Assembly: GCA_902196205.1 (NCBI GenBank)
Contig: CABIKM010000041.1
Span: 1 to 22,456, forward strand
Reading direction: 5' to 3'
DNA: 22,456 nt
Source: Candidatus Methylomirabilis lanthanidiphila
Lineage (GTDB): Bacteria > Methylomirabilota > Methylomirabilia > Methylomirabilales > Methylomirabilaceae
Below are positions 7,208-14,395 of the stretch, in pieces. The position numbers and the translations under genes were made by a program. Every line of letters begins with the position of its first letter. Within the stretch, counting starts at the first letter, position 1. The notes under the pieces are model-generated. The model was not told the origin of the DNA. It worked only from the letters and a program-made list of their open reading frames with translations, and made no database searches.

Positions 7208-9637
7208 CTAGAAGGCCTCATCGCCGGCTGCCCAAGCTTCTCGCTCCTTCGCCTTCTCCTTATCGTAGATGGTCCATTCACCTTCCTCGACGACAGTAGC
7301 CTCACGGACCATTCGTCCTGCCCTTGACAGAATGAAATAGGCGAGCGGCAAGACGCCACCGAAGAGGAAGATCGCCCCACCGACGGTGCGCATCCACGTC
7401 AAGGTGATCCAGACATTATCCGTGACATGCGCCTGCGCTCGGGCAGCCCAGAGGCCTTGCTTGAAGACGGTCGCAACCTGGTACAGACCGACCGGGAACA
7501 GATCCAACATCATCATAAGCACCAAGCCGCTCTGCAGGGACCAGAACACCCCCTTAATCAGCTTCTCATTCCAAGCTGAGCGCTGGAACAGGTGCTGGCA
7601 CGCAAACAGCATACCGGCAATTGCGATGTTACCCTTGACGCCGAACATAGCCGCATGCGCATGGTTGCCGGTGAGGTAGGTGCCGTGCTCATAGTAGTTG
7701 ACGATGGGCAGGTTGATGAGCGAGCCGAAGACGCCCGCGCCGAAGATGTTCCAGAAGTTGACGGCCAGGATGAACGTCCAGACACCGTCCATCACGAAGC
7801 GCTGCTTGCCCTCGGCAATGTTTTCATAGGCCTTCACCCGCTCCGTCCGCATCTTCCAGGCATCCAGGGTAATCAAGAGCAACGGCAGCACCTGCATGGT
7901 GGAGAAGACGCTGCCCAGCGCGATGATCCCTGTTGGCTTGGCGATCCAGTAGAAGTTGTGGGAGATCCCGATCAGGGCGGTGACCAGGAACATCATGACG
8001 GCGAGGAAGATAACCCGCTCGGCCATGGCTCGGTTGACCAGACCCATCTGCACCAGCATGTAGCCCACGATACAGGTGGTGAAGACCTCGAAGGTCACCT
8101 CAACCCACATATGGATGTTCATCCACCGCCAGTAGTCCGCGATGGCGAAGTTCTGCGACGGGGTCATGAACATCCCGAAGAACAGGAACAGCACCATGAT
8201 GCCGCTGCCGTAGAACAGCCAAGCCGGCACCGACCAGAGGTTCTGGCTCGTGATCCACGGCTTCACGGCGCGGAAGATGATGAAGACCCACAGACAGAAC
8301 GAGGCCAGCATGAGGATATGCCAGAAGCGGCCGAGCTCCAGGAACTCCCAACCCTGGCTCCCGAACCAGTAGGCCATGTCGTCGCTGAAGTACCCGGTGT
8401 GGCCCAGATAGATGCCAAACAGCGCGCCGGCGCCCACGATCAGACACAACGTAAAGAGCAGGTTGATCAGGAAGCGCTGACCGTTGGGCACCTTGGAGAT
8501 CCTGGGCAGGAAGAAGAGGGTGTAGCCGACCCAGGCCATGAAGAACCAGTAGATCTGGACGATGGTATGCCAGCCTCTGGTAACGGTGAAGGGAATGGTG
8601 AATCCCAATACTGTGGTCGCGAGGGCGCTACCCGGTCCCCCACCGACGAAATCCTCTGCGCTCAGGATACCTGCCAGGACCTGCACCAGGAACAGGATCA
8701 CGGCAAACGCAAAGAACTTGTAGGTGGCACGCTGGGTCGGTCGCACATAGGCATCGCCCTTGTTTTCGAGGTCAACCGTGGTGAGCGACCAATCCCGCCC
8801 GTTGAACGGCTCGCCTGGCAGGGTTTTCATTTCACCGTACACATACAGGACCAGCATGGTGCCGCAAAACAGGACGAAGATCGAGATGAAGCTCCAGAGA
8901 TAGGTCTCGAACGTCGGAGTGTTACCGACCAACGGATCAGGCGGCCAGTTGTGGGTATAAGTATAGTCAAAACCCGGCCGATTTGCCCCCGAGACCCAGC
9001 CACCCCAGAAGAAATATCCTGCCAACGCCTTGAGGTCTTCAGGGTCGCTGATATGATTCTGGATTCGTCCCTTCATAAACGCTTCTTCATAGGTAGGATC
9101 CGTAAACGTCCGCGTGTAATGCGTGATTAACTCCTGGTACGCAAAGGCCTGCGCCGGATTGATTCGAATCAGGTTAGCCGCTTCGTCGTACCCGTTCTCG
9201 CGGATCTCTCGTCGTACCCTCACCGAGATCATGTCACGGTCGGCCTGAGTAACCGGACGATCTTTCGCGATCTCATTTTCGTAGAACTTGGTCATCGATA
9301 CATACGTATGGTGTAGGGCTTCTGCGGTGTAATCCGGCCCGCGTTCTCCTCCGTCGCCCCAGAACGAGCCATACGTCATCAGACCCTTCAGGTGGAATAC
9401 CTGCTTGCCACGCTGGATTTGCCACTCGGGAATCACCGTTTCTCCGGTAGATGACAATACATAATTAGTCAGTGGTGGAGCTGATGTATAGGTCCAGACA
9501 CCAAGCGCAACCAATCCGATAACACTAATACCGGTGACGATCGCAGCATGAAGCCACCAATATTTCTTTACCAACAACATTTGACCAAATGTTTTATGAC
9601 TCTTCGTGACCAATCCGCCCGAATGTGGACTCATCAT
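7208..9637 (-). CDS. nod: Quinol-NOR-like heme-copper oxidase with altered FeB and quinol sites; putative nitric oxide dismutase, copy 1 (809 aa)
   Basis: Start set at ATG 9635-9637 (CCGGAGGTACA-ATGATG). N-terminal TM helix, then a ~200-aa periplasmic domain without CxxCH, then the HCO core. Motifs: GWHTIVQIYWF, IHMWVEVTFEVF, GISHNFYWIAKP (His-Asn instead of His-His), STMQVLP, GNHAHAAMFG. Confidence 0.9.
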   Translation of the reverse strand: MMSPHSGGLVTKSHKTFGQMLLVKKYWWLHAAIVTGISVIGLVALGVWTYTSAPPLTNYVLSSTGETVIPEWQIQRGKQVFHLKGLMTYGSFWGDGGERGPDYTAEALHHTYVSMTKFYENEIAKDRPVTQADRDMISVRVRREIRENGYDEAANLIRINPAQAFAYQELITHYTRTFTDPTYEEAFMKGRIQNHISDPEDLKALAGYFFWGGWVSGANRPGFDYTYTHNWPPDPLVGNTPTFETYLWSFISIFVLFCGTMLVLYVYGEMKTLPGEPFNGRDWSLTTVDLENKGDAYVRPTQRATYKFFAFAVILFLVQVLAGILSAEDFVGGGPGSALATTVLGFTIPFTVTRGWHTIVQIYWFFMAWVGYTLFFLPRISKVPNGQRFLINLLFTLCLIVGAGALFGIYLGHTGYFSDDMAYWFGSQGWEFLELGRFWHILMLASFCLWVFIIFRAVKPWITSQNLWSVPAWLFYGSGIMVLFLFFGMFMTPSQNFAIADYWRWMNIHMWVEVTFEVFTTCIVGYMLVQMGLVNRAMAERVIFLAVMMFLVTALIGISHNFYWIAKPTGIIALGSVFSTMQVLPLLLITLDAWKMRTERVKAYENIAEGKQRFVMDGVWTFILAVNFWNIFGAGVFGSLINLPIVNYYEHGTYLTGNHAHAAMFGVKGNIAIAGMLFACQHLFQRSAWNEKLIKGVFWSLQSGLVLMMMLDLFPVGLYQVATVFKQGLWAARAQAHVTDNVWITLTWMRTVGGAIFLFGGVLPLAYFILSRAGRMVREATVVEEGEWTIYDKEKAKEREAWAAGDEAF

Positions 9638-9893
9638 TGTACCTCCGGTGGCCAAACCCATGTACCGGCCGGCCACACCTTGCTCACCTACAATCAACCC
9701 ACTTCACTCTGTAGCGCCAGCGGCTGCCTATCTATCGGGGGGGCGCGCACGTCACTGTCGGACAATAGCGCACGAAATCGACTACCTAAGCTTGACCGGG
9801 CAAGCAGTAGTGTGTCGATTGGTTGGCATTTGATCCATGGGATCGCGGTCATATTCAACTCCAAAGGAAAGTCTGGAAAGTTCATATACCTTT

Positions 9894-9922
9894 AACATAC
9901 GAGCTTCATCGGTACCTGCCAA
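9894..9922 (-). promoter_or_regulatory. Candidate sigma70-type promoter for nod-1 (TTGGCA-N17-TATGTT)
   Basis: The -35 hexamer is the reverse complement of 9917-9922 and the -10 hexamer of 9894-9899. The -35 starts exactly 35 nt downstream of the start of the conserved palindrome, the same spacing as upstream of nod-2. This is a pattern match only. Confidence 0.25.
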
Positions 9923-9944
9923 TCGCTTAACTCACCTAATTTGC

Positions 9945-9957
9945 GATGCAAATGCAC
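9945..9957 (-). promoter_or_regulatory. Conserved operator-like motif GTGCATTTGCATC upstream of nod-1
   Basis: Same 13-mer, with one central A/T difference, as 13164-13176; closely similar to 13238-13250 upstream of nod-2. Confidence 0.4.
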
Positions 9958-10363
9958 TAGGATTGACTACGGCGATCGTTTATCTGGGGCGGTGTAGCGC
10001 GGGAAAGGCAACTCGATCTGAGGCCTGGCCGAGCAGTTGCGGATGGCGGCTTACAATATGAGGGGTACCAAAAGGAATACCACACCAGACGGCAGTAGCT
10101 GCCGAGGGGCGACCCGCCAACAGATTCGGAGCCGCCTGCGGCTAGATCTTCAATACCTAACGGCGAGGAGGGAGCCTTGACGCGAGGAACTCGGTCCAAC
10201 GAAGAGAGGGGCCCTCATTTTTTGGGCCTCCCGTCTTTTAGGAACCACCGTGGTTTTTGAGTCTTAGTCAAACAGGCCCAAAATTCGACTCTGAACATTT
10301 GATGCAAACGCCGGAAATAAGGAGGTCAATACAAGGCGCGGACCGATCCCTTTAATTCGAAAT

Positions 10364-10405
10364 AAAAAAACACCCCCGGCACAACCGATACGTTGTGCGG
10401 GGGTG
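10364..10405 (-). terminator. Rho-independent terminator of nod-2
   Basis: On the - strand: CACCCCCGCACAAC-GTATCG-GTTGTGCCGGGGGTG (one bulged G) followed by TTTTTTTATT. It lies 42 nt after the stop at 10447. Confidence 0.8.
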
Positions 10406-10446
10406 TAGAGTCAGAACCGACGTACCTACCGAAGCAGGTAACGAGA

Positions 10447-12888
10447 CTAGAACGCCTCGTCAGAAGCGGCCCAAGCTTCCCGCTCCTTCGCCTTCTCTTT
10501 GTCGTAGATCGTCCACTCGCCCTCTTCAACCACGGCGGCCTCGCGGACCATCCGTCCAGCCCTGGACAGGATGAACCAGCACAGAGGCAGAACACCACCG
10601 AAGAGGAAGACCGCGCCGCCGATCGACCGCAGCCAGGTCAGCGTATGCCAAACCTCGTTCGTGACGAACGACTGCTGTCGGCCGTACCAGAAACCATACT
10701 GGAAGATGTGTGCCAGCTGGTACAGACCAACCGGGAACATATCCATGAGCATCATCATGACGATGCCGACCTGCAGGGACCAGAACACGCCCTTGATCAG
10801 CTTCTCATTCCAAGCTGAGCGCTGGAACAGGTGCTGGCACGCAAACAGCATACCGGCAATCGCGATGTTACCCTTAACGCCGAACATGGCACCATGGGCA
10901 TGGTTGTTCGTGAGGTAGGTGCCGTGCTCGTAGTAGTTGACGATCGGCAGGTTGATGAGCGAGCCCATCACGCCTGCGCCGAAGATGTTCCAGAAGTTAA
11001 CGGCCAGGATGAACGTCCAGACGCCGTCCATCACGAAGCGCTGCTTGCCCTCAGCGAGGTGCTCGTGGGCCTTGGTCCGCTCCGTCCGCATCTTCCAGGC
11101 ATCCAGGGTGATCAAGAGCAACGGCAGCACCTGCATGGTGGAGAAGACGCTGCCCAGCGCGATGATCCCTGTCGGCTTGGCGATCCAGTAGAAGTTATGG
11201 GAGATGCCGATCAAGGCGGTGACCAGGAACATCATGACGGCGAGGAAGATAACCCGCTCGGCCATGGCCCGGTTAACCAGACCCATCTGGACCAGCATGT
11301 ACCCGACGATACAGGTCGTGAAGACCTCGAAGGTGACCTCAACCCACATATGGATGTTCATCCACCGCCAGTAGTCGGAGATGGCGAAGTTCTGCGACGG
11401 GGTCATGAACATGCCGAAGAACAGGAACAGCACCATGATGCCGCTGCCGTAGAACAGCCAGGCCGGCACCGACCAGAGGTTCTGGCTGGTGATCCAGGGC
11501 CGAACGGCGCGGAAGATGATGTAGACCCACAGACAGAACGAGGCCAGCATGAGGATATGCCAGAACCGGCCGAGCTCCAGGAACTCCCAACCCTGGCTGC
11601 CGAACCAGTAGGCCATATCGTCGGTCAGCAGGCCCGTGTGGCCCATATAGATGCCGAACAGGGCGCCGGCGCCGACGAGGACACATAGGGCAAAGAGCAG
11701 GTTGATCAGGAACCGCTGCCCGTTAGGCACCTTCGAGATCCTGGGCAAGAAGAAGAGGGTGTAGCCGACCCAGGCCATGAAGAACCAGTAGATCTGGACG
11801 ATGGCATGATAGCTTCGTACGACGCTGAAGGGGATCACGATCCCCAATGCGCCCAGGATCGATTCACCAGGTCCGCCACCGACGAAATCTTCTGCGCCCA
11901 GGATACCGGCCAGTACCTGCACCAGGAACAGGATCACAGCAAACGCAAAGAACTTGTAGGTAGCCCGCTGAGTCGGTCGCACGTAGGCATCGCCCTTGTT
12001 TTCAAGGTCGACCGTAGTAAGCGACCAATCGCGCCCGTTGAACGGCTCGCCGGGCAAAGACTTCATTTCACCGTAGACGTACAGGACCAGCATGGTACCC
12101 GCAAACAGGACGAGGATTGACAGGAAGCTCCAGATATACGTGGCGTACGTCGGGAGGTTACCGGCATCAGGATCGTACGGCCAGTTATGGGTGTAGCTGT
12201 AGATCTCGCCCGGTCGATTTGCGCCGGCTACCCAGCCGCCCCAGAAGAAGTAGCCCGCCAACCCCTTGATGTCGTCCGGATTGCTGATGTAGCTCGCGAT
12301 CCTACCCTTCTGGAACGCCTCTTCATAGGTAGGATCAGTGAACATCTTAGTGTAATGGTCGATCAACTCGTGATAGGCAAACACCTGCGCGTCGTTAAGG
12401 CGGATCACGCCGGCCGCCGCGTCATACCCATTCTGATGGATCTCTCGCTTGACCTTACCCGCGATCCCGTCCTTCTCATCTTGGGTGGCGGGGCGTCCCT
12501 GCGTTTTCTCGATCTGCAACTCATAATACTTGCCCATGGAGACGAAGGTGCGGTGCAGGGCCTCGGCGGTGAAATCCGGGCCGCGCTCTGCGCCATCACC
12601 CCAGAAGGAGCCGTACAACATCAGGCCCTTCAGATGGAACACCTGCTTGCCCCGGTTCATCGAATACTCGGGGATGACGACCTCTCCGGAGGTCGCCGAC
12701 ACGAAATTCACCAGAGGAGGAACGCCAGAATAGGTCCAGACGCCAAGAGCAATCAATCCGATGGTGCTAATCGCAGTAACGATCAAAGCATGAAGCCACC
12801 AATATTTCTTGATCAACAGGGCCTGGGCAAACGTCCTCTCCTGCTTGCCCTTACTTACGGTTCCGCTTCCGCTGGGATTCGGACTCAT
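10447..12888 (-). CDS. nod: Quinol-NOR-like heme-copper oxidase with altered FeB and quinol sites; putative nitric oxide dismutase, copy 2 (813 aa)
   Basis: Start set at ATG 12886-12888 (GGGAGGTAACA-ATG). Same motif set as copy 1, including GISHNFYWIAKP and NNHAHGAMFG. Long stretches are identical to copy 1. Confidence 0.9.
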   Translation of the reverse strand: MSPNPSGSGTVSKGKQERTFAQALLIKKYWWLHALIVTAISTIGLIALGVWTYSGVPPLVNFVSATSGEVVIPEYSMNRGKQVFHLKGLMLYGSFWGDGAERGPDFTAEALHRTFVSMGKYYELQIEKTQGRPATQDEKDGIAGKVKREIHQNGYDAAAGVIRLNDAQVFAYHELIDHYTKMFTDPTYEEAFQKGRIASYISNPDDIKGLAGYFFWGGWVAGANRPGEIYSYTHNWPYDPDAGNLPTYATYIWSFLSILVLFAGTMLVLYVYGEMKSLPGEPFNGRDWSLTTVDLENKGDAYVRPTQRATYKFFAFAVILFLVQVLAGILGAEDFVGGGPGESILGALGIVIPFSVVRSYHAIVQIYWFFMAWVGYTLFFLPRISKVPNGQRFLINLLFALCVLVGAGALFGIYMGHTGLLTDDMAYWFGSQGWEFLELGRFWHILMLASFCLWVYIIFRAVRPWITSQNLWSVPAWLFYGSGIMVLFLFFGMFMTPSQNFAISDYWRWMNIHMWVEVTFEVFTTCIVGYMLVQMGLVNRAMAERVIFLAVMMFLVTALIGISHNFYWIAKPTGIIALGSVFSTMQVLPLLLITLDAWKMRTERTKAHEHLAEGKQRFVMDGVWTFILAVNFWNIFGAGVMGSLINLPIVNYYEHGTYLTNNHAHGAMFGVKGNIAIAGMLFACQHLFQRSAWNEKLIKGVFWSLQVGIVMMMLMDMFPVGLYQLAHIFQYGFWYGRQQSFVTNEVWHTLTWLRSIGGAVFLFGGVLPLCWFILSRAGRMVREAAVVEEGEWTIYDKEKAKEREAWAASDEAF

Positions 12889-13101
12889 TGTTACCTCCCG
12901 TGGCTCTCCCTCTTTTGAGGTGGCCACTCATGCATTGTTATTACGGTGCCGTCTTTGCTGTGTTAGCCCTAGCCGCCGGGGGTGCGCGCGCTTCCCGAGC
13001 GACGTGCAGGGGACGGGTCCGACGGCACATGCCTGGTCGACCAAGCGGAGACCCGTCACGCTGCTTATTGTTTCTTATCCCGAACTTCATGGGGAACGCC
13101 T

Positions 13102-13250
13102 CCTTGACGACTATACTGCGGTCCCCCGGACACCTTGTAAATCCTACGAACGAATCAATTCACGATGCATATGCACCATGGTATACTTCTACTACCCCCG
13201 ACGGGACTCGTAAATCCTGCGATTGACTCAATATGGTAATGCATATGCAC
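13102..13250 (-). repeat. Tandem ~74-bp direct duplication upstream of nod-2; each unit starts with the GTGCATATGCAT palindrome and carries AGGATTTAC(A/G)
   Basis: Unit 1 runs 13250->13177 and unit 2 runs 13176->13102 on the - strand. The first 12 nt are identical between units, as is a 9-nt AGGATTTAC block 35-36 nt downstream. The remainder has diverged. Confidence 0.6.
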
Positions 13251-13253
13251 TAG

Positions 13254-13445
13254 TCACGAACTCCCAGACCAGTATCGCGCATTAATCAAGGGTATGGCGT
13301 ATAAAACGAGGTTTATTCCGTTGGGCAGCAGGCCGCTGATTTGCTTGTCGGCCCGCGCTGTGGCGCTCACGAATGCTGTACTCCCTGGAACGAGATTATG
13401 ACTCACGAAGATGCTATTGATGGAATCTTGATAGATCGAGCCCAT
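13254..13445 (-). CDS. Possible 63-aa ORF coupled to the regulator through a TAATG stop/start overlap
   Basis: ATG 13443-13445 shares one nt with the regulator TAA (13445-13447). I see no motif and no independent support. Confidence 0.25.
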   Translation of the reverse strand: MGSIYQDSINSIFVSHNLVPGSTAFVSATARADKQISGLLPNGINLVLYAIPLINARYWSGSS

Positions 13446-14320
13446 TACGCTACCTTGGGGGGTTCTGTCGTCACACTCGGCGTCTGTCCGGTCTCTGTTC
13501 GAGTCGCAGGCTCCCGCCGCGCCATCTCGTTCACGTAGGCTACGGCCTCCAATCGTGAGTGAACCTTAAGCTTGCTGAAGATATTCTGAATGTGGTTTCT
13601 CACGGTGGTCTTACTGATAAAAAGCTGTTCAGCGATAGCTGCGGTCGTCGCACCAGTCCGCATCAGGGTAACGATCTGCAGTTCCCGCCGAGTGAGCTCA
13701 CCAACGGGAGAGACATTCTTCTCACTCATCGTGAGTTGCGTCTGAGCCAGTTGTTGCCGAACAAGCACCTCAAGTTGGTGTGCTGCTGTGACATCACGGA
13801 AAAGATGGACGACCGTCGGAGGCTGGTTGTCTTCGCTGGGAAGGGCCACACAGCTTACATCGATCCACAGCGGTTTGCCCGTCCTCGTCCGCGTAGCCAT
13901 CTCAAAATGCTGAATCAGGTCTCCACGGCTCAAAGTCATCTTGAGTGGACAGGGCCACTGACAGAGTTGATTGCCGTTGCTGTCGCGGCCATTGAAAAAC
14001 TCGCGGCACTGTTGTCCGACGACCTGCTGCGCAGACGCTTCCAGGATCTTTTCGGCAGCAGGATTGCAAAACAGGATTTCCCCGGTCGGCGCACTGACAA
14101 ATACACCATCGGCGGTCTCCGCGAAAAGTCTAAAAGCGGCTTCCCGTGGCTCCATAGATTGTACGTCCCCGGATTCGCCTCGCGGACTCTCTCTATTAAC
14201 CGCCGGTCGATCCTCACCCCTACGGCGAGACTTTGCCTCGCCGCTGGAACCATCGTTAGGTCGCCGGTCCGGCCGATGGATTCGTCCCGAATGTTTCGAT
14301 CCATTGCCTGGATGTACCAT
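13445..14320 (-). CDS. PAS-domain LuxR/GerE-type (HTH) transcriptional regulator with a Cys triad in the PAS domain
   Basis: PAS-like block FRLFAETADGVFVSAPTGEILFCNPAAEKILE. C-terminal LuxR HTH LTRRELQIVTLMRTGATTAAIAEQLFISKTTVRNHIQNIFSKLKV. Start is uncertain: ATG 14320 is chosen, ATG 14155 is also possible, and the ORF-track TTG 14434 would overlap the divergent promoter candidate. Confidence 0.75.
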   Translation of the reverse strand: MVHPGNGSKHSGRIHRPDRRPNDGSSGEAKSRRRGEDRPAVNRESPRGESGDVQSMEPREAAFRLFAETADGVFVSAPTGEILFCNPAAEKILEASAQQVVGQQCREFFNGRDSNGNQLCQWPCPLKMTLSRGDLIQHFEMATRTRTGKPLWIDVSCVALPSEDNQPPTVVHLFRDVTAAHQLEVLVRQQLAQTQLTMSEKNVSPVGELTRRELQIVTLMRTGATTAAIAEQLFISKTTVRNHIQNIFSKLKVHSRLEAVAYVNEMARREPATRTETGQTPSVTTEPPKVA

Positions 14321-14395
14321 GGTCTTACTATAACGAGTGTCGATGGAGCCTGTCAAGCTGAAAAGAGGTGTACACCCGCAGGCTGAAGAAAACCC

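Noticed and set aside
7592-9130. 512-aa + strand ORF, plus 8100-8447 and other overlapping ORFs, across nod-1
   Set aside because: It is antisense or out of frame to a strongly supported HCO gene. The translation is low-complexity (Asp/Glu/His/Arg/Gly/Pro rich) with no motifs. This is the typical shadow ORF of a GC-rich gene.
9917-9935. Sigma54-type promoter reading of TTGGCAGGTACCGATG upstream of nod-1
   Set aside because: TGGCA is present, but the downstream element is GATGA rather than TTGC at the required spacing, and no enhancer-binding-protein gene is nearby.
10831-12918. + strand ORFs of 285 aa, 104 aa and 243 aa, and the 115-aa - strand ORF, overlapping nod-2
   Set aside because: Same reasoning: shadow frames of nod-2 with biased composition and no start signals.
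7208-12927. Annotating the two large ORFs as ordinary respiratory quinol-dependent NO reductases (norZ/norB)
   Set aside because: The fold is clearly qNOR-like, but both copies show His-Asn at the FeB His-His position and no recognisable quinol His/Glu pair. A plain NO-reductase call would therefore hide the key feature. I kept a hedged call of putative NO dismutase.
9945-13250. Assigning the TGCA(A/T)ATGCA palindrome to a named regulator family (NsrR, FNR/DNR/NNR)
   Set aside because: I found no TTGAT-N4-ATCAA type box. The resemblance to ATGCAT-containing NsrR sites is only partial and rests on memory, and no Rrf2 or CRP-family gene lies in the window. The binder is left unassigned.
13559-14386. 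275-aa + strand ORF, plus the 120-aa and 122-aa ORFs, overlapping the PAS-LuxR gene
   Set aside because: They are shadow frames. The - strand frame contains a textbook LuxR HTH and a PAS block.
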